Positions 19,062 through 29,160 of a stretch of 60,327 nt of DNA are shown piece by piece. The notes below the pieces were generated by a model. It saw only the letters and a program-made list of their open reading frames with translations. It was not told the origin of the DNA and did no database searches. Both the position numbers and the translations under genes were made by a program. The DNA comes from Chloroflexota bacterium (GTDB lineage Bacteria; Chloroflexota; Dehalococcoidia; Dehalococcoidales; UBA2162). The stretch spans positions 1 through 60,327 of the forward strand of contig JAZDPB010000174.1 in assembly GCA_043797985.1 (NCBI GenBank). The letters run 5' to 3'. Numbering within the stretch: the first letter of the stretch is position 1; each line of letters opens with the position of its first letter.

Positions 19062-19742
19062 CTACTCCGATTTCGCCAGGAAGTATCCAACGCCGGTTTT
19101 GGTAAGGATAAGCTTCGGTTGGCTAGGATTGGCCTCTATCTTTTCTCTCAAGCGTCGGATGTGAACTTTTAAGCTATCCGCTGCCCCTGAGTAGTCGGCG
19201 CCCCAAACTGCCTCGGCGAGGCTTGAGTGAGTGACCACATGGCCAGCATTTTTCATTAGGTGATTAAGGATATGACTTTCAGTGATGGTGAGTGCGATTT
19301 CTTTGCCACTATAATTGAGTTGCCCAGTTTTAGCATCAAGGCGCAACGGTCCATAAGTCACCAGTTCCTCTTCTACGGGGCTTTGCCGGCGAATTAGGGA
19401 CTTTACGCGTGCCAAGAGTTCTAACTGACGGAAGGGTTTAGTCATGTAATCGTCCGCTCCCCACTCCAGTCCCTTGACGATATCGGCTTCATCCGCTCTT
19501 ACTGTCAGAACAATGGTGGGTACTCGGGAAAAGAGGCGAATCTGGTGTAGCACCTCAAAACCGCTAATATCAGGCAATCCCAGGTCAAGGATGACAATAT
19601 CAGGGGCCTCGCTTTCAACTAATTCAACTCCCTTTTCGCCAAGTCGCGTAGAAACAACTGTAGCTTCAGGCCAGCGTATTTGAAAGGCGAGGGAAATAGC
19701 ATCTACAATTTCTCGGTCATCCTCGATAATAAGAACCTTCAT
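19062..19742 (-). CDS. OmpR-family response regulator (canonical receiver)
   Basis: 226 aa. Receiver with IIEDD, ILDLGLPD and TKPF motifs, plus a winged-helix Trans_reg_C domain (TKTGVGYFL). Confidence 0.9.
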   Translation of the reverse strand: MKVLIIEDDREIVDAISLAFQIRWPEATVVSTRLGEKGVELVESEAPDIVILDLGLPDISGFEVLHQIRLFSRVPTIVLTVRADEADIVKGLEWGADDYMTKPFRQLELLARVKSLIRRQSPVEEELVTYGPLRLDAKTGQLNYSGKEIALTITESHILNHLMKNAGHVVTHSSLAEAVWGADYSGAADSLKVHIRRLREKIEANPSQPKLILTKTGVGYFLAKSE

Positions 19743-20973
19743 CAGTTGTCTCCTGTTTCAAACCTTCATCCCTCTGACTATCAGTAGCTAAAGGTATAGA
19801 GAAGCTAAAGGTTGAGCCTTTTCCCATCTGGCTTTCCACCCATATTTTACCACCTTGAAGCTCCACCAGGTTTTTACATAATGCCAGCCCTAATCCTAGT
19901 CCACTGAGGTGCTCTCTATCTCTCATTTGCCGGTGGTAGGGCTGGAACAGCCGTTGCTGCTCGTCTTCAGGAATACCGGGGCCGGTATCATGAACTTCTA
20001 CAACTAAGGTAGCACCCTTTGTTTTTGCTTTCAGAGTGATGGTACCTCCCTCAGGGGTGAATTTTGAGGCGTTGATTAGTAGGTTGAGTATTACCTGGCG
20101 TAGGCGTTCTTCGTCAGCCCAGACCAAGGGTAGCGAAGGAGGTAAAGATAATATCAGGGATAGTCCGTCCCTTGAAATTAGTACTGCCATATTCTCGGCT
20201 GCACTGTGAAGTAATTTTAATGCGTCGACCAGCTTCGGATTTATTTGGAGCATACCAATCTCGACTCTTGCTAAGTCGAGAAGTTCATCAATCCTCTTAT
20301 TAAGATTAGAGGCGCCACTATGAATGTTTCTGGCGACGCTTAGCCAGGGTTCCTCACGAAGTTCAGTAGCAAGTAACTCGCTTGACGCAAGCACCGGTGT
20401 TAGTGGAGTTTTTAACTCATGCACCAATGCTCGTGTGAATTCTATTCTTCTTTGTGCTTCCGCTTCTAGCTCTTGGCGGAGCTTTCTTTCCTGTTCGTAA
20501 AGCTCCTGTAATTTCTCCTGTGCTCGCTCAAGTTCGGTGATATCCATGGAGTGTCCCAGAACGGCTCGTTTCCCCTGGTATTGTGTTGAGACAACCCCCT
20601 CTAATACCCATCTGGTCTGCCCGTCTTCGTTAATAACCCGATATTTATAGGGTGAAGAACGCTCTCCCTTTAACATTTTTATGGCGTTTTCTCTGACCAT
20701 GACTCTATCTTCGGGGAAAACGCGCTGTAGCGGGTCAGTACCTAAAAGCTTGCCTTCTCTACCACCAAGCATTCTGCGGAATTCGTCATTAACGAATTTA
20801 AACTTGCCGTCTTGACTTATGAAGAGGCCAATGGGTGAATTGATGCGGAAGATGTGAAGTAATTCTCCCTCGTGGCTCTGCTGGTTCTTCGATGCTTCTA
20901 GCTCGACAACTCGCTGGCGCAATTCGTTCAGTTCGTTTAAGAGTTGCTTTTTTGTCTTATGCTCTTCTTTCAT
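19717..20973 (-). CDS. cytoplasmic PAS-domain sensor histidine kinase
   Basis: 418 aa. N-terminal coiled coil, PAS region, H-box HELKTPLTP, N box NLLINASKF, G boxes DTGPGI and GLGLGLALCK. No TM segment. It overlaps the regulator gene by 26 nt. Confidence 0.88.
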   Translation of the reverse strand: MKEEHKTKKQLLNELNELRQRVVELEASKNQQSHEGELLHIFRINSPIGLFISQDGKFKFVNDEFRRMLGGREGKLLGTDPLQRVFPEDRVMVRENAIKMLKGERSSPYKYRVINEDGQTRWVLEGVVSTQYQGKRAVLGHSMDITELERAQEKLQELYEQERKLRQELEAEAQRRIEFTRALVHELKTPLTPVLASSELLATELREEPWLSVARNIHSGASNLNKRIDELLDLARVEIGMLQINPKLVDALKLLHSAAENMAVLISRDGLSLILSLPPSLPLVWADEERLRQVILNLLINASKFTPEGGTITLKAKTKGATLVVEVHDTGPGIPEDEQQRLFQPYHRQMRDREHLSGLGLGLALCKNLVELQGGKIWVESQMGKGSTFSFSIPLATDSQRDEGLKQETTDEGSYYRG

Positions 20974-21155
20974 ATTAGTTCATTGATTCAAAAGGCAGAA
21001 GTTGCGGACTTAATAGTATTCACTGAACACAGACTTATACCGAAGGTTGGTCTTGATTATGGTAAGTATTAATTCTACTCCAGTAGGCTAATGGCGTCAA
21101 ATGAAATCACCATTAGGATTATGTTTTGGTGCAACAAAAGATTCAAAAAACCAGG

Positions 21156-21316
21156 AACTGAACTGGCTTTGCCTCAAAAGTGCTATCCCTCATGTCACCC
21201 TGAGCGTAGCGAAGGGTCTCGGGGTAGGGCTTTGCCACCCCACTCCTAGATTCTTCGTCATCCCGATTGATCGGGATTCCTCAGAATGACATTTGAGGCA
21301 AGACCAACTGAACTGG
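21156..21316. mobile_element. MITE-like 136-bp element with imperfect terminal inverted repeats and flanking 11-bp direct repeats
   Basis: Left end CTTTGCCTCAAAAGTG (21167-21182). Right end reverse complement CTTGCCTCAAATGTC (to 21302). AACTGAACTGG occurs at 21156-21166 and again at 21306-21316. The interior is related to 7680-7829. No transposase is present. Confidence 0.6.
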
Positions 21317-21417
21317 ACAGGGGTATGTCCAGTCAAGAAGCAAGGACCGTAAGGCTATGTTCTTCTCTCTCGACCAGTCTAATGGGTGATGCGGGCGTAA
21401 GCTACTGAGCCAGTTCA

Positions 21418-21520
21418 GATAGATTGGTGACACTTGCTGGTCTTCCTACTAGATGGTTTGACCCTATCCCCTTTACCCCCCCCTCTCCTGAAAGGAGAGG
21501 GGGGGTAACGGGGGTGAGGC
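21418..21520. repeat. 55-nt repeat unit plus GC-rich hairpin
   Basis: 21418-21475 is about 85 percent identical to the reverse complement of 3183-3238. The hairpin CCCCCCCTCTCC-tgaaa-GGAGAGGGGGGG is followed by GGGGGTGAGG, as at 7893-7933. Confidence 0.75.
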
Positions 21521-21664
21521 AAAGACAGCGGACAGATTTAAGAGGTTGATTAATAATTGTGTCACTATTCATATGAACTAGTACATCTACTTGACAGCTC
21601 TTTGAATATCAGTTTATAATATTTTGGCTTTTAAAAATATTAATCATAGAGGGATGGTATTAAG

Positions 21665-21784
21665 ATGGCAAATCAGATAGGAAAGAGATATATCTGTACT
21701 AATTGCGGTGCTGAGTTCATTTGTACCAAAGGTGCGAATGGTACGATTCAGTGCTGCGGCAAACCAATGGAACTAAAGAAGTAA
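21665..21784 (+). CDS. desulforedoxin-like mini-protein (39 aa)
   Basis: My translation is MANQIGKRYICTNCGAEFICTKGANGTIQCCGKPMELKK. The Cys pattern CxxC-x15-CC and the length match desulforedoxin / Dx-domain proteins. GAGGGA lies upstream. It is too short for the ORF track. Confidence 0.6.
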   Translation: MANQIGKRYICTNCGAEFICTKGANGTIQCCGKPMELKK

Positions 21785-21812
21785 CAGAGCAGTTAAAGGA
21801 GGCAATTATTCA

Positions 21813-21956
21813 GTGGCAAGTCAGTTAGGTAAGAGATATCGCTGTAGCGTCTGCGGGACTGAAGTGTTGTGTGTTAAGGCGGGGACGGGTGTTGTTATAT
21901 GCTGCGGTAAGCAAATGGAAGTCAAGGAAACAAAACCGCTGGCGTCCTCGGATTAA
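21813..21956 (+). CDS. desulforedoxin-like mini-protein, paralogue (47 aa, GTG start)
   Basis: AGGAGG lies 10 nt before GTG 21813. It reads MASQLGKRYRCSVCGTEVLCVKAGTGVVICCGKQMEVKETKPLASSD, with the same CxxC-x15-CC pattern. The 100-aa antisense track ORF 21825..22127 is probably spurious. Confidence 0.55.
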   Translation: MASQLGKRYRCSVCGTEVLCVKAGTGVVICCGKQMEVKETKPLASSD

Positions 21957-22017
21957 ACTATAAATAATAAGGCTGTTATATTTAGCAGTGCTGTTGCTGC
22001 TAGTTAATATAAGTAAA

Positions 22018-22584
22018 CTATTTGTTCTGTACCAGAGAGAAGAATTCAGCTCTGGTCTTAGAGTTGGTACGGAATGCTCCTCTGACAGCAGAAGTAATGA
22101 TACTGCTCCCGGGTTTTTTGATACCACGCATCACCATGCACATATGCTCCGCTTGAATGATAACCGCTACACCGTGTGGCTTAATTCCGTCAGAAATAGC
22201 GTCTGCAATCTGAGAAGTCATTCTTTCTTGAAGCTGAGGGCGCCGGGCCACAATTTCTACCACCCTGGCGAGTTTGCTAGCACCGACGACACGTCCGTCA
22301 GTATTAGGAATATAACCTACATGGGTGACGCCGTAGAAGGGTAGAAGGTGATGCTCACACATAGAATAGAAAGGGATATCTCTGAGGATTACCATTTCCC
22401 GGTGTCCTTCTTGGAACCCTACCTTTAGCTCTTCCCTGGGGTCCACGTCCATCCCCATGAAAAGTTCAGCATACATCTCAGCTACACGTCTTGGTGTATC
22501 AATCAGACCCTCTCTTTTCGGGTCTTCCCCAATAGCCTTAATGATAGAAGTGACTGCTTTTCTAATTTCAGCTTCGTCAAACAC
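22018..22584 (-). CDS. folE: GTP cyclohydrolase I
   Basis: 188 aa with [10 protein letters not shown] and the HMCMVMRG motif. Confidence 0.92.
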   Translation of the reverse strand: MFDEAEIRKAVTSIIKAIGEDPKREGLIDTPRRVAEMYAELFMGMDVDPREELKVGFQEGHREMVILRDIPFYSMCEHHLLPFYGVTHVGYIPNTDGRVVGASKLARVVEIVARRPQLQERMTSQIADAISDGIKPHGVAVIIQAEHMCMVMRGIKKPGSSIITSAVRGAFRTNSKTRAEFFSLVQNK

Positions 22585-22618
22585 TTGGCTCCTCCATAGT
22601 CATTCTTAACCTTTTTTA

Positions 22619-23674
22619 TTAAGCCCACCCCAGGGTTTGTTCCACAGTCGCCAAATCAGCCGGCAGGCCACGGATTGGCGGGGCATTTTTCAGGACGATA
22701 TCTATATCTTTAAGTCCGTTACCAGTTACTACGCAAACTACCTTCTTGGATGAGAAGTCCATACCTTGTTGAGAAAGTTTGATAAGTCCGGCAAAGGGAG
22801 CTGCCGAAGCTGGCTCCCCAAAGATACCTCCTTTGGTTGCCATTAACCGGTGAGCAGACATAATCTCTTCGTCAGTAACCATATTGATAATACCCCCGGA
22901 CTCATCACGAGCGGTAGTCGCTTTCTGCCAGCTAGCCGGATTACCTATCCGTATCGCTGAAGCGATGGTCTGTGGCTCTTCGATGATATGCCCTCGAACG
23001 ATAGGGGCTGCCCCCTCGGCTTGGAAGCCCATCATCTTGGGCTTATGGCTTGCCTTGCCTATCTGATGGTATTCTACAAATCCCTTCCAGTAGGCGGTAA
23101 TATTACCGGCATTACCTACCGGAATAAAAAGGTAATCGGGAGCATCACCTAGAGTATCGATAATTTCAAAGGCGGCTGTTTTTTGTCCCTCTATCCGATA
23201 GGGGTTCACCGAGTTTACCAGGGTAACGGCGTGTTTCTGAGTTAGACTTCGCACTATGTTTAGAGCCTGGTCAAAATTACCCTCGATGGCAACTATTTTA
23301 GCCCCATAGACAATAGCTTGGGCAAGCTTTCCCAGAGCGATGTTGCCTGCTGGCACAATAATAACAACCGTAAGTCCACAGTAAGCAGCGTAAGCGGCGG
23401 CTGAAGCACTAGTATTACCAGTCGAGGCGCAAATGACTGCCTTGCTCCCAGCTTCTAACGCCTTGGCTATAGCAACCACCATGCCCCTGTCTTTGAAGGA
23501 ACCTGTGGGATTGCACCCCTCCAGTTTGAAGTAGAGTTCACCACAACCGGTTTCCTTCTCCAACTGCCCGCACCTGACCAGGGGAGTATCTCCCTCACCT
23601 AATGTAAACAAAGGGGTCTTGGCTGTAATCGGAAGGAGGTCTTTATACCTAGCTAAAACTCCAGATTTCATCAT
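22619..23674 (-). CDS. thrC: threonine synthase
   Basis: 351 aa. PLP-lysine motif NPTGSFKDRG and glycine-rich loop GNAGN. Short ThrC type. Confidence 0.88.
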   Translation of the reverse strand: MMKSGVLARYKDLLPITAKTPLFTLGEGDTPLVRCGQLEKETGCGELYFKLEGCNPTGSFKDRGMVVAIAKALEAGSKAVICASTGNTSASAAAYAAYCGLTVVIIVPAGNIALGKLAQAIVYGAKIVAIEGNFDQALNIVRSLTQKHAVTLVNSVNPYRIEGQKTAAFEIIDTLGDAPDYLFIPVGNAGNITAYWKGFVEYHQIGKASHKPKMMGFQAEGAAPIVRGHIIEEPQTIASAIRIGNPASWQKATTARDESGGIINMVTDEEIMSAHRLMATKGGIFGEPASAAPFAGLIKLSQQGMDFSSKKVVCVVTGNGLKDIDIVLKNAPPIRGLPADLATVEQTLGWA

Positions 23675-23714
23675 CCCTCACTATAGCTGAAGTCATTTAT
23701 TAAGTAATGGCTTA

Positions 23715-24272
23715 TTAGCCGCTGGGCTTGACCAGTGGCATTTTTGCGGCGCACAAAGGGCAATTCTGTGGCGTGTAGGTTATGGCAACGGCACGGTGAC
23801 AGCTAAAAAATGGAACACCAAAGTCCACTGTTTTTTCAGAACGGTCGACTAATACACCTACACCTACTGTTATGCCGCCGCGGTCTTTTACCGCTGCTAT
23901 AACCTCGTTTATAGAGCCACCCGTGGTAAGGACATCATCGACAACTAGGACGCGCTCACCCAAATTAATGGTAAAGCCGCGTCTAAAAATTCTTCCTGTG
24001 CCTTCCTTTTCAGCGAATATGCCGCGTATTCCTAACTGTTTAGCCACTTCGAAAGCTAAGATAATGCCACCGGTAGTTGGTCCAGCTACGACTTGAATAT
24101 TCTGCTTACTGAAGTGACTACTAATCATGCGGCAGAGTTGCTCAGTATATTTAGGTGATTGTAGGACCTGGAACTTTTCCCAATAAACGGGAGAATGCAG
24201 CCCGGAAGTAAGTAGAAAATGTCCCTTAAGTATAGCCCCTGATTTTTCAAAGATTTCTTCTACGTTTTTCAT
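23715..24272 (-). CDS. pyrE: orotate phosphoribosyltransferase
   Basis: 185 aa. PRPP-binding motif VLVVDDVLTTGGS. Confidence 0.85.
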   Translation of the reverse strand: MKNVEEIFEKSGAILKGHFLLTSGLHSPVYWEKFQVLQSPKYTEQLCRMISSHFSKQNIQVVAGPTTGGIILAFEVAKQLGIRGIFAEKEGTGRIFRRGFTINLGERVLVVDDVLTTGGSINEVIAAVKDRGGITVGVGVLVDRSEKTVDFGVPFFSCHRAVAITYTPQNCPLCAAKMPLVKPSG

Positions 24273-24345
24273 TAGCTTTATCCCCCTTTTATTTTCCTTC
24301 CTTCCAAGGAAAGCGGCGATTGATTAGTACTTCTTCGGTCTATCC

Positions 24346-24936
24346 TTAATCGAACCTTAATATATGAACTTCATTAGAAGGTTTTATTTTAGCAGTCGTG
24401 CTGTTTACTTGCTCTTTTAAGGGGTAGTTAACGGTCAAACCAAATTTGCCTGGTGGCCAGTATGATAACCAGGTCTTGCCGATAATGTTTTCCCGTGGGA
24501 CTGTCCCCCAAAAGTGAGAATCATTGGCATTATTGCGGTTGTCACCAAGGACGAAGTATCCACCCTTTACGGTTTCAAGATTGAAGGTATAAGTGACCGG
24601 TTCTTTAATGTAAGGCTCGTTTAACTTTGAACCGTTAACATAAACCGCCCCGTTTCTTACCTCTACAGTATCACCGGGTAGAGCAATAATGCGCTTAATA
24701 AATGGGGTTTCGTCCAGGCTATAGGGGGCAGGTGGGTGAAATATGATTACATCACCCCTTTCTGGTTCATGAAATTTATAAACGACTTTGTTAACGATTA
24801 CCCTTTGTCCTTCCAGAAAGTTAGGTTCCATACAAGATTCGTATACTTTATAAGGTTGCACCGTGATTTGTAATCCGAAGTAGATTACCCCTGTCAGTAT
24901 GAGTGTTGTCAGAACATCGCGTAGAAAAGCTCTCAT
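24346..24936 (-). CDS. lepB: signal peptidase I
   Basis: 196 aa. N-terminal TM, catalytic Ser box (SCMEPN), Lys box (KRIIALPGD) and GDNRNNANDSH. Confidence 0.88.
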   Translation of the reverse strand: MRAFLRDVLTTLILTGVIYFGLQITVQPYKVYESCMEPNFLEGQRVIVNKVVYKFHEPERGDVIIFHPPAPYSLDETPFIKRIIALPGDTVEVRNGAVYVNGSKLNEPYIKEPVTYTFNLETVKGGYFVLGDNRNNANDSHFWGTVPRENIIGKTWLSYWPPGKFGLTVNYPLKEQVNSTTAKIKPSNEVHILRFD

Positions 24937-25043
24937 TTATTGGACTACTATTTTCAAGGCTAGCTCCAATTATAATCTATTTGTCGCTATCTTGCTAGTG
25001 ATGTGGGTAAGTGTTAGTGAACCTGCCGGTGAGATTATTTAGA

Positions 25044-25114
25044 ATCCCCATCCCCTTAATCTCCTTCCCCTAAGGGGAAGGAGATATATTTTTAAGAGAG
25101 GCGAAGCCTCTCTT
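25044..25114. repeat. GC-rich hairpin modules in the lepB/ribD divergent region
   Basis: Hairpins CTCCTTCCCC-taa-GGGGAAGGAG and AAGAGAGGC-gaa-GCCTCTCTT (25094-25114), the same types as at 12296-12415 and 47041-47062. Confidence 0.7.
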
Positions 25115-25181
25115 TGACTCTCCTTATTATTTTCGACTTAATTTGCACTTTTTTTAGAGGAGATGCTAGAATGGCAATGAT

Positions 25182-26273
25182 ATGGACTATATGAGGCAGG
25201 CGCTCTCGCTGGCTAGACTGGCCTTGGGGCAGGTTAGCCCTAATCCGGCGGTGGGGGCGCTGGTGATTAAAGACGGCGAAGTTGTCGGACAGGGTTATAC
25301 CCAACCGCCGGGTTCCTGGCACGCTGAAATAATGGCCCTAAAGCAGGCTGGTGAAAAAGCCCGTGGTGGTGTGATGTATGTTACTTTGGAACCATGCTGC
25401 CACTATGGTCGCACGCCACCATGTACTAAGGCAATTATTGCTGCCGGTATCTCCGAGGTTCATATGGCTGTGCTTGACCCAAATTCCCTAGTTTCAGGGA
25501 AGGGAAGAGACGAGCTACAGAGGGAAGGCATTAAGACATATTTGGGGGAGTACGAGGAGGAGGCTAAAGAGCTAAATGAGGCGTACCTCAAGTATATTAC
25601 GACCGGAATGCCTTTTGTTACAGCAAAATTTGCAGTAAGCTTGGACGGGAGAATTGCTACCAAAGAAGGTGATTCCCAATGGATTAGTGGCAATGAGGCA
25701 AGGAAATACGTTCATTGCTTACGATATATTGCTGATGCTATTATGGCTGGGGCGAATACGGTTATTGCTGATGACCCTCACCTCACCTGCAGGTGTGGTG
25801 GTAAAGGTGGAACAGTCAGGAAGCAGCTACTCCGTGTAATCGTTGATGGTAGAGGACGTATATCGCCAACATCCCGGGTGTTAAATGAACCGGGTAAAGT
25901 TCTCCTGGTGCTAAGCGAGTTTGCCAATCCCGAAAAGAAAGACAGTTTCGCTCAGGCTGGTGCTGAGTTGTTAGAGTTGCCCTCGGAAGAAGGGAAAGTA
26001 GATTTGAAAAGGTTGCTAAAGGTATTGGGTGAGCGTGAGATTACCAGTGTCTTGGTTGAGAGTGGAGGGATTCTTCTTGGTTCATTGTTCGATTCTAAGC
26101 TGGTGGATAAGGTGATTGCCTTCATCGCTCCGATTATCATTGGCGGGGAAGAAGCAAAGATGGCAGTTGCCGGTAGAGGGGTTGACCGGATGACCGACGC
26201 AATAAAGCTGGAGCGTGTCAAATTAGAGAAGTTTGGCGAAGATTTCATGATTAGCGGCTACGTTAAGGAGTGA
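25182..26273 (+). CDS. ribD: bifunctional riboflavin biosynthesis deaminase/reductase
   Basis: 363 aa. Deaminase zinc motifs HAEIMAL and PCCHYGRTPPC, plus a C-terminal RibD_C reductase domain. Confidence 0.92.
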   Translation: MDYMRQALSLARLALGQVSPNPAVGALVIKDGEVVGQGYTQPPGSWHAEIMALKQAGEKARGGVMYVTLEPCCHYGRTPPCTKAIIAAGISEVHMAVLDPNSLVSGKGRDELQREGIKTYLGEYEEEAKELNEAYLKYITTGMPFVTAKFAVSLDGRIATKEGDSQWISGNEARKYVHCLRYIADAIMAGANTVIADDPHLTCRCGGKGGTVRKQLLRVIVDGRGRISPTSRVLNEPGKVLLVLSEFANPEKKDSFAQAGAELLELPSEEGKVDLKRLLKVLGEREITSVLVESGGILLGSLFDSKLVDKVIAFIAPIIIGGEEAKMAVAGRGVDRMTDAIKLERVKLEKFGEDFMISGYVKE

Positions 26274-26905
26274 AGTTGTTTACTGGAATTGTAGAAGAGG
26301 TAGGGAAGGTAATTACAACCGGTAATGGGAATCTGGCTATAAGTGCGGCTAGCATTCTTCACGGCATGGAGGTGGGCGAAAGTATCGCGGTCAATGGAGT
26401 ATGCCTGACGGTAACCAGTTATAATGCCAGTTCCTTCACAGTTGACATAATGTCTGAAACGTTAAAGCGGTCTAATCTTGGTCTGTTAAGAGCCGGAGAA
26501 ACGGTTAATTTAGAGCGCCCCCTGGCTCTTGGTGGACGCTTGGGAGGGCATTTAGTCCAGGGTCATATCGATGCTACGGGAAGAGTGGCTTCGGTCAGAT
26601 GGGATGGTGAGGCAATGCTCATTGGATTTGAAGCTGCTCCCGAGGTCATGCGCTATGTCGTGGATAAGGGTTTTATTGCCGTCGATGGCATTAGTCTCAC
26701 TGTAGCGGTTAAGGATGCCAACTTATTTCAGGTGTCTGTTGTTGACTATACCCGTAGGCACACTACTCTGGGCGACAGACGGGTAGGCGACTTGGTTAAT
26801 CTTGAAGTGGATATTATTGCCAAGTATGTGGAGCAACTTGGCCAGGCTCACAGCAAGGGTATAACCGTTGATTTCTTACAGGAAAATGGCTTTTTAGTTA
26901 GGTAA
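26270..26905 (+). CDS. ribE: riboflavin synthase (alpha chain)
   Basis: 211 aa. The start KLFTGIVEEVG and two lumazine-binding repeats. The GTG start overlaps the ribD stop (GTGA). Confidence 0.9.
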   Translation: MKLFTGIVEEVGKVITTGNGNLAISAASILHGMEVGESIAVNGVCLTVTSYNASSFTVDIMSETLKRSNLGLLRAGETVNLERPLALGGRLGGHLVQGHIDATGRVASVRWDGEAMLIGFEAAPEVMRYVVDKGFIAVDGISLTVAVKDANLFQVSVVDYTRRHTTLGDRRVGDLVNLEVDIIAKYVEQLGQAHSKGITVDFLQENGFLVR

Positions 26906-26926
26906 TTTCTGATTCAGGGGAAAGGT

Positions 26927-28144
26927 ATGAGTTTATCAAGTATTACTGAGGCTATTGGGGATATAAAAGCAGGTAAGTTTGTCATCATAGTTGATGATGA
27001 GGGTAGAGAGAACGAGGGCGACCTAGCATTAGCGGCTGAGAAGGTTACTCCCGAAGCTATCAATTTCATGGCGTTGCATGCCAGGGGATTGATTTGTATG
27101 CCGGTTATCGCTAGTCGACTGGACGAATTGAGACTCCCTTTGATGGTCGGGGATAATACCTCAAAGTTTTCTACCGCTTTTACGGTGACTGTTGAAGCTA
27201 AACACAAGGTGAGCACAGGCATCTCCGCCGCAGATAGAGCGGAGACAATAAAGACGTTGATTGACCCGGCAACTAAGCCTGAAGATTTGGCTCGTCCGGG
27301 ACACATGTTTCCATTGCGGGCAAGGGATGGAGGTGTTTTGGCGCGGGCAGGGCATACCGAGTCCATAGTTGACTTAGCCAGGCTGTCTGGTCTTTATCCT
27401 GCAGGGGTTATCTGTGAGATAATGAATGAGGATGGGACGATGGCACGACTGCCCCAGCTCGAGGCAATGTCTAAGAAATTTGGAATTAAAATTATCAGTG
27501 TCTCCGACCTTATTGCTTATCGCCGCCGTCATGAGCGGCTGGTACATCGAGTAGCTGAGGCTAAGTTCCCATCAAGATATGGTGATTTCATTGCGATTGC
27601 TTATAAGAGTGATATTGACCCTGATGAACATCTAGCCCTGGTGAGGGGAAATGTATCTGGTGAAGAACCGGTGCTGGTCCGGGTTCACAGCGAGTGTCTT
27701 ACCGGCGATGTATTTGGCAGCCTTCGTTGTGATTGTGGTGAGCAGGTCGGTCTAGCTATGCAGGCTATTGCGGAGGAGGGACGAGGTGTTTTCCTGTATA
27801 TGAGACAAGAAGGACGAGGTATCGGCTTCCATAACAAAATTCGTGCGTATGCTCTTCAAGATAAAGGGCTGGATACTGTTGAAGCTAATCTGTCTTTGGG
27901 CTTTGCTCCGGACTTACGGGACTATGGTATTGGTGCACAGGTCCTGGCTGACCTGGGTTTGCACAAAATCCGCTTGCTTACTAACAACCCTAAAAAAGTG
28001 ATAGGTTTGGAGGGTTACGGCCTTGAAGTGGTGGAAACGGTACCAATAGTAGTTTCTCCGAACCCGCATAACCGTCATTATCTGGAGACAAAGCAGAAAA
28101 AGATGGGCCACATTTTGAAAATACCGCCTGTTGATGATAGATAG
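26927..28144 (+). CDS. ribBA: bifunctional 3,4-dihydroxy-2-butanone-4-phosphate synthase / GTP cyclohydrolase II
   Basis: 405 aa. [11 protein letters not shown] (DHBP synthase) and [19 protein letters not shown] (GCH II). Confidence 0.92.
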   Translation: MSLSSITEAIGDIKAGKFVIIVDDEGRENEGDLALAAEKVTPEAINFMALHARGLICMPVIASRLDELRLPLMVGDNTSKFSTAFTVTVEAKHKVSTGISAADRAETIKTLIDPATKPEDLARPGHMFPLRARDGGVLARAGHTESIVDLARLSGLYPAGVICEIMNEDGTMARLPQLEAMSKKFGIKIISVSDLIAYRRRHERLVHRVAEAKFPSRYGDFIAIAYKSDIDPDEHLALVRGNVSGEEPVLVRVHSECLTGDVFGSLRCDCGEQVGLAMQAIAEEGRGVFLYMRQEGRGIGFHNKIRAYALQDKGLDTVEANLSLGFAPDLRDYGIGAQVLADLGLHKIRLLTNNPKKVIGLEGYGLEVVETVPIVVSPNPHNRHYLETKQKKMGHILKIPPVDDR

Positions 28145-28166
28145 AATTAATAATAAGGAGGCACTA

Positions 28167-28631
28167 ATGGGTAAGCTTTTTGAAGGTGTGTTGCTGGGAA
28201 AGGGGCTAAAATTTAGTATGGTCGTCTCTCGGTTTAATGAGTTTATCACTAAGAAACTACTTGATGGGGCACAGGATGCTCTACTTCGCCACGGTGTTAG
28301 TGAAAATGATATAGATATAGTCTGGGTACCCGGCGCGTTTGAGATTCCATTAGTTGCCAAGAAGTTAGCTGAGAGCAAGAGGTATGATGCTGTTATCTGC
28401 CTTGGTGCTGTGATTCGTGGGGCAACGCCTCACTTTGAATATATTGCTGCTGAGGTAGCCAAAGGTATTGCTAAAGTAGGTTTAGATGCGGGGCTGCCAG
28501 TTAGCTTTGGCGTAATCACGGCTGATACATTGGAGCAAGCCATCGAGCGTGCCGGGACCAAAGATGGGAATAAAGGCTTTGATGCTGCGGTCAGTGCTAT
28601 AGAGATGGCTAATTTGCTCAGGAATCTCTAA
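28167..28631 (+). CDS. ribH: 6,7-dimethyl-8-ribityllumazine synthase
   Basis: The track ORF starts at 28131, but AGGAGG-cacta-ATG favours 28167 (MGKLFEG...). The motif [10 protein letters not shown] is present. Confidence 0.9.
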   Translation: MGKLFEGVLLGKGLKFSMVVSRFNEFITKKLLDGAQDALLRHGVSENDIDIVWVPGAFEIPLVAKKLAESKRYDAVICLGAVIRGATPHFEYIAAEVAKGIAKVGLDAGLPVSFGVITADTLEQAIERAGTKDGNKGFDAAVSAIEMANLLRNL

Positions 28632-28765
28632 TTATTAGCCAAATCATTGCAAAGCATCCCTCTGTGGTAAAGCTCCAAGCTGCGCTAGTAGGAGATGGAT
28701 TTTACCAAAAACTCCACCTAGAGCTTTTTGGGTTCACTTTTAGAATGAGTTAAAGGCTACCGGTT

Positions 28766-29020
28766 TTAGTCGGTAACCTTGTAGACAGTGTCGCCTCTCC
28801 TTACTCTGTCGGGGAGTTTGATTCCAACAGCGTCTCCGGATTTAGCTTCATTGACATTAACATTATTAATCTGCATTGATTCAACCGTCAGCTCCATATC
28901 GGTGGTGTGACCCTTGATATGGATTTTATCGCCCAGTTTTAGAGTTGCTGTTAGTTGGATACCGGCTACCACCGGTCTGGCGAAGAAATCAGATACCGTT
29001 CCGATTTGTACCTCAGGCAT
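28766..29020 (-). CDS. small EF-Tu domain-2-like beta-barrel protein
   Basis: 84 aa. GDKIHIKG...VESMQINNVNVNEAKSGDAVGIKL resembles translation-factor domain II. Function unknown. Confidence 0.55.
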   Translation of the reverse strand: MPEVQIGTVSDFFARPVVAGIQLTATLKLGDKIHIKGHTTDMELTVESMQINNVNVNEAKSGDAVGIKLPDRVRRGDTVYKVTD

Positions 29021-29160
29021 TTGGATACCTCCTTTACTTTCATTTGCATGCTTCCCATCATCTAGATATGCTCCTCCAGCCCAACATAGATGTCGCCGAA
29101 AGAGCTAACCTATTGAAGGGAGCCATGTGGTTTAAATTATCGCCCAGAGTATTTGAAAGA

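Noticed and set aside
24937-25181. Expected FMN riboswitch upstream of ribD
   Set aside because: I could not find the conserved FMN-element core (the AGGGCGG...CCCACCGGCGG-type segments) on either strand. The region holds only hairpin repeat modules. A covariance-model scan would settle it.
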